64,000 nt of DNA from Octopus sinensis (GCF_006345805.1 NC_043010.1:3906001-3970000); one strand, 5' to 3'; positions 39,247-53,159 are shown, numbered from the stretch's first letter. Notes: a model not told the origin generated them from the letters alone. Translations and numbers: made by a program.

Positions 39247-42200
39247 TATATAGTTAAATTTTATTTTGATAAGAAAACATTTTATTTCCATTATCCAGTA
39301 ATTGATTTTCTTAATATTTTCCTGATTGATTCATTTATTTTTGGTTAATTTTCTACATTTTCCTTGCTCTTTGTGGGACAAAACGAATTATACAGGTGTA
39401 GCTATGTGGTAAGAAGTTTGCTTTCCAACCATATTATTTCAGTATTTCAGATTCAGTTCCACTGCAAGGGACCTTGAGCAAATGTCTTTTACTAATACCC
39501 CGGGCTGACCTAACTTTGTAAGTAGATTTGGGAAATGGAAAGTGAATGAAGCCTGCCATACACACACATACATGAGCGTGGGCAGAAAAAAATCATAGGC
39601 TGACTATTAAGGAGTGATGCTAGAAATGTGAAATCGTGCATGCTCATCAACTTCCACTTCTCTTATTAATAACTGCATTTTGTTTTTTTTCCACATAAAC
39701 TAACATCTGACCATTCAAAGAAGACTTCAAAAGTAACTAGTAGCAATTTCTCTTGAGAATTGACAAAATTTGGCTGAAGGGCTGAGCTCTCAAGGAAATT
39801 TATCTTGACATGGTGGCTACATCATGGAATGATACCCCAGTTTATCAACTGTGCAAAAGTGAGCAGCTGAAATTAGGAGGGGAAGGGAGAGTCAGTTCTT
39901 CTCTAGAAATGCATAACTTATTACCTCAATTTTGAATTGGTGATTCTGATGAAGTTATTGTTATGGATCGGGACTGACTTAAATTTTTAAAATATCTACT
40001 TACAGAAACCAATTCTCTAAAGACTTCTATTTAAATTGTTCTGAACTTCAAAACATTTCTAGTTTTCACCTGTCAGTACAAATGCTCAATTGTTTAACAT
40101 CTGAAACTACTTCTAAACTAGTAGTCTTTCATTAATTATATAATGTAATTCTGTATAAAAACTTAATAGAGGGCAGTTATTTACATGTATTTATGTTTAA
40201 AAGGTTGTTCAGAAAATTGCTGTTGTTAAAATTTAAGTTGACTATAATTATGAGACTGAATTCTCTAAAGATATATATTAAGTAACTATCTGAGAGGCAC
40301 AGAGTAAGCAAACCATAACATGAAATATACTATAAATACATGTGTGTATGTGTGGGTATGCATGTGTGGATGCACATATATATATATATGAGTTATATTT
40401 GCTTCAGCTTTAGTTCTGACAAGACATTCACGGGTCTAAACCCTTTGTGACTGTGAAACCATTGGTCACTCTATGACTGAACATAGACTTAACTACTTAT
40501 AAATACACACACACACACATATATATAAAACTATGTTTTGACAAAGCAAAAATTATTGTGTTTATAATTCAAACTACTGTTTTGTATTTGTTTCATTGTC
40601 TTTCATATCTAAAAGCCTGAAAAACTGAAAAGTGAAAAGCAGTAGCTGGATGCCCTTATTAAGATCAAGCACTTCACAGTTTGTAGTGAGTGCTTATATC
40701 ATGCCACCAGCTCTAGTGAGGTCCCCATGTAGCTTGCAAGGCCACAACCATTGAGAGAAGTAACTTTTCTCTACAAGATAAAGAGTTATGAGGGAAAGAG
40801 CCGGAGCAGAACAGGTTTCTTGTTATTAAGGGTCTAGTTGGTTACTCACATTTTTGAAGAGAGGGTGGGGATGATTGGGGTGGAACTGGGAAAAGATAAA
40901 AGAAGTGTAAAATTGAATAACAGGGGAACCAGGAGTGTATATAGGTAGAGTTTTGCAAGAATGTAAGAGGAAGTGAGAGATGGGAATGGTTGAGGGTGTG
41001 TTAATATAATGATTGTAGAACAAGTGTTAAGGGATGGATGTAGTGAATAGTAGTTGAGGTGTGGATTTGTGTGTCAAATGAATGAAGTGCAGAGCAGAAT
41101 TTCAATGCTGATACAGTAGATAGGGTTAAGATGAAAGTGAGAGAGAGATGACATATGGTTGTGTAAGTTGTCAGGGTGTGGTGGTGGTGAGGGGGGGGGT
41201 GTGATGCAAGCATAGCGTGAAGGGAGATTGAGAGGCACATGGGGAAATGGAGAAATAGTTTGGTAGCTCAGGGATGGGAGTGATTGGGGTTAAATGTGGG
41301 TGGAAAGGACAGAATCAGGATGACGGATGGCTTATCAAGTGAAATGTTTACGGGCAATGAGAAAGCTTAGAAGTATCAAGGAAAAGAAGCAGTTAGATGG
41401 GCTGTGGAGGTGTCTTGAGGAGGAGGAGGAGATAGGGTGGAAGCTGTGCATATATTGTGCTTCCAGAACTTAGTTTCACTTGTTAGGGGAGGTCTTCCTA
41501 GGAACTGCATTATTGTATGTTGCCTGGTATCCCAGAAAATATGTATGTATGTGTGTGTGTGTGGAGAGAGAAAGAGATAAATATACATATGTATGTGTAT
41601 GTCTGTACATACATGTATACATAGATTACATACATATACATGTGTGTATATATATGCATGTACTGTATATTATGTACATATAACTTTTGATTTTGTATTT
41701 TTTTTGCATTGATGTTTTCAGTAGAAGAGCATCTGGGGAAAAATGAAGGGTGAAAGAAATGGCAAATAATTAATTGTGCATACAAGGATGGGAATCATTT
41801 AGAAAGGGAAAAGAGGAGAATTTGAGAGAGAGAGAGCAGCTGTAAGTGGAGAGAGATGAGTGTGAAAATGAAGCAGAGATTTAGCATAGAAAGAAAGGAG
41901 ATGTATGTTGGTCAGTTTGAGGCAGGGAGCATTTTTTTCCTTATTGGCCAGATCAGTGACTGTGGTATGCAGCTTGTGAAAACCATTATTCATATTCTTG
42001 TCTTTACATACTTTATATACATATACATGAAAGTAGTGGAAACTGGACTGCTAGTGGAAAAATATTCATGCATAAGTGATATATCTATGAATATGGAGTT
42101 GGATATGAAGAGTCACATAGAAAGAGTGTATGTTGTATTACTAGCATGTATGTTCTAATATATATGCACAACACGCACACACATGCATGCATGCACATAC

Positions 42201-43138
42201 ACACATACACAGAGTGGTACATGCACTTGTAATGAACAATATCATGTGTATATATGACGCCTGAACACTTGCAGAGAGCAGACATCATGGTGGAGTAAGA
42301 ATTGAGGTGATTATGGGGTTGCAAAATACAGGATTGGAAGTTATGTTCTGCATCCTTCCTTCTTATTCCAATTCAATCTGCCTGTTGAAACTATCTTTCT
42401 TGTAGATTCCCTTCCTCTTTCTCTCCTATCAATTTGTTTCCTCCAAACACTTCTCTCCAGTACATATGCGGCATTTTGCAATTTTCTGTATTTCTTCGCA
42501 TATCCCTTATTCTCAGATGCTAAGGATGAAGAACCCCTTTTGCAAGTTTTCCAAAGAAAAAAAGTATTATTTAATAATCGTAAAATTAACAGTTGATTAT
42601 TGTTAAACACCTACAGCATTACCCATATCATATGATATTCCCCTCATCATCATCATCATCATCATCATGGTATATATGTATATATGTCTGTGTGTGTATA
42701 AATATAAATAAACTAACATTTGTTTTTTTATTAGAAGTGTGAAAATGTGTATTGTACAATACAAACAAAAAGAAGGTAATTTTTTTTTTTTAATGTAGAA
42801 TTGATGTCTTTGTGTGTGTTTGTCCCCACTATTACTTGACAACTAATGTTAGTATGTTTATGTACCTGCAACCTAGTGGTTTAGCAAAAGACTAATAGAA
42901 TAAGTGCTAGACTTAAAAAGAAACAAGTCCTGGGGGTCGATTTGTGTGACTAAAGCCCTTCAGAGCAGTGCACCAACATGGCCAATATCAAATAACTGAA
43001 AAAAGTTAAAGGTAAAAGATAAAAGATGATGAACTTTTAAGAAAACATTTTGGCGGAGCAAAAATTATTGTGTTTATAATTCAGGATTTGTTGCATATAT
43101 TTTACAATAACTATATAAAATAATACTGGTTTAAATAT

Positions 43139-43295
43139 ATGTGTGGTAAGTAGCTTGCTTACCAACCACATGGTTCCGGGTTCAGTCCCAGTCCCACTGC
43201 ATGGCATCTTGGGCAAGTGTCTTCTTCTATAGCCTCGGGCTGACCAAAGCCTTGTGAGTGGATTTGGTAGACAGAAACTGAAAGAAGCCCGTTGT

Positions 43296-43364
<69 letters not shown>

Positions 43365-43575
43365 TGTGTGTGTTTGTGTGTCTGTGTTTGTCCCCCTAGC
43401 ATTGCTTGACAACCGATGCTGGTGTGTTTATGTCCCCGTCACTTAGCAGTTCGGCAAAAGAGACTGATAGAATAAGTACTGGGTTTACAAAAGAATAAGT
43501 CCCGGGGTCGAGTTGCTCGACTAAAGGTGGTGCTCCAGCATGGCTGCTGTCAAATGACTGAAACAAGTAAAAGAA
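43139..43575 (+). mobile_element. tRNA-derived SINE family B (internal TA/TG microsatellite), near full length
   Basis: Head GTGTGGTAAG...GGTTCAGTCCC; body and AG-rich tail shared with copies at 23136-23488, 52299-52718, 62653-62990. Confidence 0.88.
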
Positions 43576-44579
43576 AAAGAAAAAAAAAAATTTGAATCCA
43601 GTATTTCATATATTTCAAATTTTGGCACAAGGCCAGCATCTCTGAGGGAGGGGCAAGTCGATTACATCTACCCCAGTGTTCAACTGATACTTATTTTATT
43701 AACCTCAAAAGATGAAATGCAAAGTCAACTCTGGCAGCACTTGAATTTAGAACATAAAGACAGACAAAATGCCACTTAACATTTTGCCCTGTGCAGCAAC
43801 AGTTCTACCAGTTTGCCGCCTTATTTCTCTACTATGATATATTGAAAAAGATATAAGTTATTAGAAAACTAAAACAGCCTCTCATAATAGTAATATGTGT
43901 TCAGCCATTTCTAATTCTGTAAGAAATAACTGTTTAAATCAATAAGTAGGTAAACTAAATAATTATGATCAATAAAAATGTCTTTTTGTGATTGTAGTTT
44001 AAAATTCAATTACTAAAGTCATTATTGTCAAACATTGAGCATCAAAAGAGTATATATGTATAAATATATATATATATGTATGTATGTATGTATGTATAAT
44101 TCTTTTAGCAGCATCCTATTAAATTATTGTTAAATTAATCTTTTCTCCAAACTAATGGTAAGGTGATACTTAAGTATCATTATGGAGAACCTTTCAAATT
44201 AGATGCAAGCAGACAAATTTGCTCTGCTTTATAGTATCTAATGTGGTTAGGTTTTCATTCCTATCAGTCATATATATATATATATATTCTTCCTTAGACA
44301 TCAGAAAGATCAGAAATGCAGCAAAAATTTAAAATATTTTGGTCAAATTAAAGAGGATCATGGGAAAATGGCACATGATATGAGATTAATGAACTCAACT
44401 AAATGCAAAACTTCATCATAAAATACTAACTACAGCTTCTTCACAATCTGCTCGACCAGCTCTCCATCTGATATATTTATGCAGCATGCAGTTAAAGAGC
44501 AGAAATTATTGAAATTAGTCATTACTCATTTTGCCCCACTCTAGACATGCTTATTTATTTATCTATTTATTTTTAAAAG

Positions 44580-44767
44580 TTGAAAATTATCATATTAGAC
44601 ATTTGCATGGAAAAAAAATTTATGTGGGATCTAACAGAGGAAGGAAATTATCCAAATATTTTATTAGCAACCTCAATCATAATCAGATCGAAGTTGAGGA
44701 AAAATTTCTTGAAAAAGAAGTACCTGGCACCTGACTATGTTTCAAGCTTCCACAACTCCAGCTACAG
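44580..44767 (+). CDS. Candidate internal exon C of the plus-strand gene (LKIIILDICMEKKFMWDLTEEGNYPNILLATSIIIRSKLRKNFLKKKYLAPDYVSSFHNSSY)
   Basis: Acceptor ttatttatttatctatttatttttaaaag|, donor CAG|GTATGT, 188 nt open, phase 0 to 2. Confidence 0.5.
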
Positions 44768-47007
44768 GTATGTTGACCAAATTTTACTCCCGTAGATGAT
44801 GCAACAGGGCAGAATAATTGCAATGCAATGGTTTCAAAGAGGTAGGAAGAAAATAGCAAGAAATAAGAAATTACTTAATTCGCCCCACTTTTCTAATCCC
44901 ATCACCATTTTGCTGTTTTCAAATTAAACTATGGATTCACAACTGTCACAGTTGAATTACAAGCAAGCTTACAGTGAAGAAAATCTTCATATGTCACAGA
45001 TACATGAATATTTAGCAGTAAGAGTAGCCATGAAATTTTCACCTGTCTCTTTAGAAATTGCTGATAGCTTCCTTAATAAAAAGAACCTAATAAGCAGTAG
45101 AGGCTGGGATCAGGCTGCATAGAATCTTGAGTAAAACTAGGAGGCAGAATATATTTATATGTGAGTCTGTATGAATATGCTTACATGCAAATACTTGTAC
45201 TAACATGCTATCTTGAAAGTAGTGTTTTGGCTGTGACATGTCCTTTCACATATAATGATTATTCAGTTATGCTTATGTATTTGTTTTGCAAGATTCCTGA
45301 TCTGAAATCATGTGTTGAAACAGATATTGTTATATTTAGGGATGGTTGGGTTTTTTTTTTCCCCAAATAAACACATGCACTATATATATTCATTCTTCAC
45401 TTCAGATTCATTATTGTTTTTATTTTATGTCCGTTGTCTGGAAATCTTTCATCACGCATCCTGTGACCTCTTCAGTGACTCTCCATCCCATGTTTCTCCA
45501 TTTGTTCTGTTTAGTCCATCGTGTCTTTTTATGGACTGTATTCTTGTGTGTGTGCACACATGAGAGTGTATGCTTGTTTAAATGTTTTGTGTGTGTGTGT
45601 GAGTATGGGTTTGCACACTATACTGTTTGTATCCATGCCCTTTATTTAGTTTTGTTTTTTACTTATTTACTTATTCACGTCTCTATTTTTTTCCAGTTTT
45701 GCCTTAGGTATATGCATATGTATCATTTGATTGTTTGTATATGTGTTGCATAGGATTAATGGGGTAAATGATGAAACTCAACATTTGGAGGGGGTAAATC
45801 ACTGGTGTTGAGAATTCATTCACTGAAAACAGTACAGTTGTTAGTGTTTAGGCTTTGCATTAAACCTGATTGCAATGATCCTGATCATCATTAATCCTGA
45901 TTGACCATCGATCTATCGATATATTAAGGACTACTTTCTCTCATCCTATGTTTTATATAGATGCATTTTGCTTTGGGCACTAGCGTGACTGGGTGTGCTA
46001 CCTGGGTGGCCCTTTCGTTTGCTGCCCCTGGACCCCACAAAAAACTCATATTGCCTACAGCAACAGCCTACAACAGGATGAAAAGTGCCAGACCACCACT
46101 ATCCCCACTAGCTATGCTTCTGGCTTTGGGTTATTTGTTACTGGCCAAACTACAAATCAGAAGTTACCCCTGTAGGTAGCATTCACACACACACACACAC
46201 ATATATTTTGTGTGTGTGTGTGTATTACTTTATATATATATCCATCATATTTTTGTAGAGTAACTAGGATGGTTTTCTCATTGGAAAAATGCACTCCTTT
46301 CCAACAACTTGGAAATACATGCATTCATGTTTTATATATTAATATGTATGTGTATGTGTAAGTATGTATGGACAGTATTTCTCTCTCTCTCTCTTCTCCT
46401 TCCTCTCTCCTCTTCGTCTCTCTCTTCCCTTCCCCCTCTCTCCTCTCTCTACACACGCATCATGAGTCGTTATATAATTTGTCAAAATCATATAAATAAT
46501 TATCATTAATACATTGATAAAAATACATGTTCGCAAATGGAAAATTAAAAATTTATGACATGAAAAGGATAGAATGTAAAGTGAATGTGAAAACAAAACA
46601 TTCAAAGCATATTCTTACTGAGAAAGTTGTTTATACCCACCGTTATGATAGGCCACCCTCTATGAATTTGGAAATCTGTTTCTTGCAATTTTTCGTGAAA
46701 GTATTGGTTTATTTATATCTGTGCAATCACCCCAGAGTTTCCATAACAGGAATTTCTATTTTACTATAAATACCATGTGTTTTTTAATCTAAAGGTTACA
46801 CAAATTGGTACTTTCATTATCTATAATTTCCAGCATCGTAACAAAGGAGTTTGAAACTGTAATTTCCCATTTAACAAATCCCCAAAATGCTGAAGATCTA
46901 AAAGTATATACATACTTTTTTTTCACAGTTTAAGTCAGCTTACCTATGACAAGATATAGCTTATAATGATCAACTCTTTAATGACGACAGTCTTACACTA
47001 TAAACAG

Positions 47008-47394
47008 TGGAGGTGCAATGGCCCAGTGGTTAGGGCAGTGGACTCGCGGTCATAGGATCGCGGTTTCGATTCCCAGACCGGGCGTTGTGAGTGTTTATTG
47101 ATCGAAAACACCTAAAAGCTCCACGAGGCTCCGGCAAGAGATGGTGGTGATCCCTGCTGTACTCTTTCACCACAACTTTCTCTCACTCTTACTTCCTGCT
47201 TCTGTTGTACCTGTATTTCAAAGGGCCGGCCTTGTCACTCTCTGTGTCATGCTGAATATCCCTGAGAACTACGTTAAGGGTACACGTGTCTGTGGAGTGC
47301 TCAGCCACTTACACGTTAATTTCATGAGCAGGCTGTTCTGTTGATTCAGATCAACCGGAACCCTCGTCGTCATAACCGATGGAGTGCTTCCACC
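47008..47394 (+). mobile_element. tRNA-derived SINE, intact, with 13-bp target-site duplication
   Basis: Box A (TGGCCCAGTGG) and box B-like (GGTTTCGATTCCC) head; ACACTATAAACAG at 46995-47007 and 47395-47407. Confidence 0.9.
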
Positions 47395-48479
47395 ACACTA
47401 TAAACAGCATAACTAGTGTAGCATTTACTTTTGAAGATATATGTCAGAATTTATTCAAATACACATTTGAATGGAATTTGGAGTGGTTGAATATAGGAGG
47501 TTTTTGTGGCTGAAATTTGACAAATATTTTGTATGTTGTGAAGGCGTGTAGACTGGCTCTTAGAGTGTCGCACTCATGATTGACAGATCATGGGTTTGAT
47601 TTCCAGGCCAGGCAGCATGTTGTGTTCTTAAGCAAAACACTTCATTTCATGTTGCTGTAGTGGGTAGGAGAGTAGCAGAATCATTTGCATGTTGGTAGAA
47701 ATGTTTTACAGTATATCTTCTGGCTCTCTAAATTCTGAGTTCATAATATTAATATGAATGTGTGTGTATGTGAAGCAATGGGAAACCAGTACAGTAATCA
47801 TTTCAAGTTTAGTCATGGATAGCTGTAGTTAATGGTGGTAGAGTAGGATATGGGTCATATAGAGAGTGCTAAAGAGGGTTCACATGCTCTTATATAAAGT
47901 GCTCCTGTAGTGAGGAGAAAATCACCAATTTAATTAATATACCTAGTTGTGAGAAGCTGAAGAAACTACTTCATAATTGAAATTAATTAAAATTATTAAA
48001 GAATTGAATGTTTCTTTAGGCAATGTTTTGATATTATTAAACCTCATCAGCAAAGATAAATTCAGCTCAACTGCTTGATCTTAGATTACTGGTGAGATAT
48101 ATAGGGTTTAAATCAATAAACACTCAGTTGTCTAATAACTTAAAAGAAAAAGTGCAAAAAATATCCAGAATGAAAAACTAGCGGTAAAGTGTGTGCTCGT
48201 AAACTTGATGTGATAGACCAAAAACATTGAAGTAACATTGTACCAATAATGAGGGAAAAATTTATTTAATTGAATATATTTTGGTCAAGCAAAGCAATCA
48301 AAATGATTTTAAAATGTTAATTCATTGTTTTGATACAAAACTTAACAATACTTTTTTTGCCATTGATACTTTTGTACTGAAATACTAGAAACTGTGATGG
48401 AGGTGAAAAGACTCTTCTTAGTCTAAATATATTTGGTATTTAAAAAAATAGAAATTTGGTAATAAATAGGAATTTATAA

Positions 48480-49640
48480 ACGTGGTGGTTAAAATTTCAC
48501 TATTAAATGGTTCATTTGTAGAGTGTTTTGTGCTATGACTGCCAGAAAGTTTACTCCTGGGTCAAAAAGGAAGATGAAGAACTTTTAAACATATTTATGA
48601 GATACTTTGATGCCAACATTACCTGAGAACCTGAGAACCTATACTGTCTTAGATACCATTATAAATGAATAAACTCCTCTAGCATCGGATTACATGGGGA
48701 CAGCGGTCTGTCAGTCTCCCTTAACATAAATAAATGGCCATAGCATGGACTATCAGCACAAACATTAAAATTATCAGTTTTTAGACATTACATTGCTCTT
48801 AATTAGAAACAGGCAATACTCTTATACAAAAGGAAATTGAGTTATACATAAAAATAAATGGCGCCAAATCACTAATTACCTTTCACAGTTACAAAACCCT
48901 TGAGAATATATGAGAACACCCAACATGTTCAGTGAATCCTCAATAAAACCACAGCTTACTACAATGATGCTTTAATAAGTAGTGACTACAAGAATATGTG
49001 GAACATGCCCCACATTACAGGGGAACTAATGTAAGAAACATTTCTAGCACAAGTGTGGCATTCAATATTGCTGTGATTTTCAGTCTTTGATGAGAAAACT
49101 TTTTCCCGTGACACATGAATTTCGTAAGTTCTTCACTAAAAACTATGTTAAGGTTACCTAAAGTTATTTACTAATATTGCACTTCAAATATACAATTGTA
49201 ACTAAAAACTGCATTGATATAGAACTTCATCCATCCCAATTGCAATTGTGGTAACACCACATCTCTCTCCATTTAACAGTGAATGTCTTATAAAGGTTCC
49301 TGTGTAAAATCCAAAGACATCTGATGATGGCAGTAAAAGGAAGTGCACCATATTCATAGAAAATGCAGTCAATTCAGGCATACAGAGCACACATTTTCTT
49401 CATATTTGATCCAGAGTGTAGCAGCTCCAATTTTTCCATTTCAATTTATTGGGAAACTGAAGAATGGTGAAACAAATAACATCCCTGCGAGATGGAGCAG
49501 TGCTAAATCTGAAACATCATATTTCGATGTAAGATGCAATTTATATTTATAACATCTTGATTCAACATTGCAACATGTTAAATAAGAAGAATGAAATTTT
49601 GTCTCTGTGAAGGCATATGAGCGTATTCCATCTGAAAAAC
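48480..49640 (+). mobile_element. Degenerate Penelope-like retroelement (RT plus GIY-YIG endonuclease remnant)
   Basis: Broken frames give PWVKK, SIGLHGDSGL (cf. GLYRDDGL), FLDITL, LFPVTHEFRKFFTKNYVKV, FRHTEHTFSS, RCNLYL, LNKKNEIL, in the order expected for a Penelope ORF. Boundaries approximate. Confidence 0.75.
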
Positions 49641-50053
49641 ATTTCAAGTGAAAACTCAGTAATAACCCGACTTCAATTTGCATAAAGTCGTCATAGGAAA
49701 TATAAGCCCCTGAAATAGTGGCTTGTTTGGGCCAGAAAAGAGCCTGTGCCCAAACCAGCAATCAAGTCAATACAGACTATCAACTTGCTGTGGTTAACAG
49801 CAGAATTTCTGTCAGATGCTTCCCCTGTTAGTTTATAAGTGAAAAACATGTTGGAAAATTCACTTGAAAAATAAAAAAACTAAACTCTGCCAGTTTAAGT
49901 GCAGAACTTATTAACTCATTCTAAGCTTGTTTAAAAAAAGAAAGATTATGACATTGGTTGAAAATTCTATACCATAGACAGCATTTTGGCAATAAAAATG
50001 AAATTAAAAATAGTACAAGATTGCAAACAATATAAAAATTTCAGTGTACTTGC

Positions 50054-50204
50054 CTGGTAATGTTTCATAGAGTACAGTATCTGATTCAATCCAACCATGC
50101 CCATTTTCAACATTGGAAGCTATCGATATTTGTTCACTGAATTGGTCAGGAACCATAAACATATGTTCTTTTTCTTTACCAATACAAGATGTCATCATTG
50201 ACTC
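50054..50204 (-). CDS. PCDH: Cytoplasmic exon of a second protocadherin paralog (ESMMTSCIGKEKEH...WIESDTVLYETLP); ectodomain exon not in window
   Basis: Ungapped 14/38 identity to exon 10179-10335 over the C-terminal part (SNxEN, W, YETLP); same phases (0 to 1); acceptor ttttcttatacatttgagccttcag|; donor CCAG|GCAAGT. Confidence 0.8.
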
Positions 50205-50360
50205 CTGAAGGCTCAAATGTATAAGAAAAAAAAAATTAAAAAATTAAAAGGAAATTATGCATTTTCATGTTATTGGTGTAATGGCACAAAACATCCTAAA
50301 AGAGTATATTTATTATTATCAATATTTGTGATAAATAAACAATTTTGCATGAATTCAATA

Positions 50361-50692
50361 TCATCATCATCATCATCATCGTTTAACGTCCGCTTTCCAT
50401 GGTAGCATGGGTTGGACGTATGACTGAGGGCTGATGTACCAGATGGCTGCACCAGGCTTCAATCTTGATCTGGCAGAGTTTCTATAGCTGGATGCCCTTC
50501 CTAACGCCAACCACTCCGAGAGTGTAGTGGGTGCTTTTATGTGCCACTGGCACACAGCCAGTCAGGCGGCACTAGCAACGACCTCGCTTGAATCTTTTAC
50601 ACATGCCACTGGCGCGGGTGCCAGTAAGGCGATGCTGGTAACAATCCCACTCAAATGGTGTTTTTTACGTGCCACCAGCACGGAGGCCAGAT
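50361..50692 (-). mobile_element. Repeat family A copy
   Basis: Reverse complement of 41-259 including the (CAT)n tail; lies about 160 bp upstream of the second protocadherin exon. Confidence 0.8.
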
Positions 50693-52298
50693 ATATCAAA
50701 TACAATTTTGATAGTAATTATTTTGGTTATTTTTCTAGTTATAAGTTCAGGAAAAACAAGACTGCACGAAAGTAAGAAGCACAAAGTTCAAAACACATAA
50801 AATAGTGTGTAAATGTTGGTAATTTATCTCAATACAGCATTAGTGCTTAATTCATTTAACTTAGAAGGGCAGAAGATCATGTCGATCAAAGTAGGATTTC
50901 AACTCAGAGTTGTAATATACCAAACATTTAATCTATTATTCAGTCCATTCTCAAAATTTACAACTATACCTTCTAACTTCATTGTTATTGTCATATTCTT
51001 CTCCATGTCGCTAGTTTGAATATAAAATAACCATCATCCAGATGTTGCTCATCATTCTCACATATTTGCTAGAATGGATTAGATGCATTATCCCACTTGG
51101 CCAGTTCATCATTTCTTCCATATTCTAGCTGAACTTTTCTCAGTATCACTTCATCAACTCCTAATTACTATTATTTATTCCTTATTGCTATGTTTTAGTT
51201 TTTTTTTTTTTTCCATTCTGTTCTCATAAATAAGCATGCACGAGCTTATTATCTTTAAATCCAAGTTGACTTCATATTCATAGCTCCTTTCTCTGATTCA
51301 TATATCACATTTATCACACAATCAATTCTTTCAAGCAGGGAGATCATTTTTGGATGACAGAGAAGATGTATTTGAGTGAAATTATGCTGTATATTAGTGA
51401 TACCTATTTTATCATAATCCTGTTGACGAAAAGGCAGATTTGATACTATTAAGATTGAAATTGAGAAGCATGAGTCACCATAAAACGCATGCATTCTGCA
51501 TTCATAACCAACTACACCAGCCTATATTTGACAAAAGATAAATGTCAAGTTCCTTTGTTATTTCTATTAGTATTTTACTTGTATTGATTTTAAAGAATAT
51601 TTTACTTCTAAAAATGAATTAGTCACTTTGGAAAGCAATTTTTAAAACCACGTAGAATCAATTCATAAAGTTTTATCAAAAGACTTTGAATCATTATTAA
51701 CACAGCATTGCTTACAAAACCTTGCATTCTCTTTATAATATATCTCACACAGTTTCATTTCTCTTATTTTATCTTTTACTTTGTTCCAGTCATTAGACTG
51801 TGGTCATGCTGGGGCACCATCTTCAAGCATTTAGTCAAATAAATAAACCTCAGTGCATTTTTTTAAAGTGTAGTATTTATGCTGTTGATCTCTTTTAACA
51901 AACTGTTAAGTTATGGGGCTGTAAACAAACCAACTCTGGTTGTAAAGCAGTGGTTGGAACAAACACACACACACACACACACATACACACACACACACAC
52001 GCATGCACACACACACACACACACACAGATATATATATACATATGGGTGCCCATTCAGTTTCCGTCTACCAAATTCACTCACAATGCACTGATCAGCCTG
52101 GGGTTATAGAAGACACTTGAAAAGGTGCCAAGGAATGAGACTGGACTTAAAACAATACAGCCGCAAAGCAAGCTTCTTGGCCACAAAACCATGACGGGAT
52201 TTATAAATAACTTTTGCATGTTTATTGAAGTTGCTGTAAATATTGAGTAATTTTTTTTATTAAACCTGTAATATTCAAACAAGTGGTAATTTTTCATA

Positions 52299-52718
52299 TA
52301 CTCTTTTACTTGTTTCAGTCATTTGACTGCTGCCATGCTGGAGCACCGCCTTTAGTCGGGCAAATCGACCCCGGAACTTATTCTTTGTAAGCCCAGTACT
52401 TATTCTTTGTAAGCCCAGTACTTATTCTATCGGTCCCTTTTGCCGAACCGCTAAGTGACGGGAACGTAAACACACCAGGATCGGTTGTCAAGCAATACTA
52501 GAGGGACAAACACAGACACACAAACACATACATACACATACATATATATATACATATATACGACAGGCTTCTTTCAGTTTCCGTCTACCAAATCCACTCA
52601 CAAGGCATTGGTCGGCCCGGGGCTATAGCAGAAGACACTTGCCCAAGATGCCACGCAGTGGGACTGAACCCAGAACCATGTGGCTGGTTAGCAAGCTACT
52701 TACCACACAGCCACTCCT
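52299..52718 (-). mobile_element. tRNA-derived SINE family B, full length
   Basis: Reverse complement of the 43139-43575 family; contains a 22-bp tandem duplication at 52376-52419. Confidence 0.9.
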
Positions 52719-53159
52719 ATTCATTAAGACTATACTTGTAAAATATCTTCTCTTTGAAATTTGCTGTATCTTAAGTTTTCATATTTCCTTTATAAATCTA
52801 TTCCCATTAATTAGTATTCTTCTTATTTTTTTGTTTTTGTTGCTCTTTGTTCTTCATAGACAGCTTTTTGATAATTGAAATATTTCAAAATAGCAAGTTC
52901 CTTTTATGTATGTATCCCAGGTAGTAATGCAAAGTGCATTACTTCAAACCTTCTCATGGCTCTACCAACATTTCTACGTCCCATGGTTTTGCTCAGAATA
53001 TTTTGTTTGCAAATGCTTTCTCAATGAAGAACATGATGTTTGCTTATGCTTTCTGGAATTTATATTTGACGTAGTTTACAATACTTGTAATATAGTGCCT
53101 GTGTCAAACTTTACCTACTGAGCTAAATATTTAAAGTGTGTAAATACAAACATATTACA

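Noticed and set aside
44531-44734. Alternative frame over exon C with a GIY-YIG-like YHIRHLHGKKIYVGS motif
   Set aside because: It stops before the strong donor, the rest does not resemble a GIY-YIG domain and there is no adjoining Penelope RT. Not fully excluded; it lowers confidence in exon C.
47008-47080. tRNA-like sequence
   Set aside because: It is the head of a SINE with a TSD; no complete cloverleaf. The same applies to the other SINE heads.
52376-52419. 22-bp direct repeat resembling a CRISPR repeat
   Set aside because: Two adjacent copies with no spacer inside a SINE: a simple slippage duplication in a eukaryotic genome.
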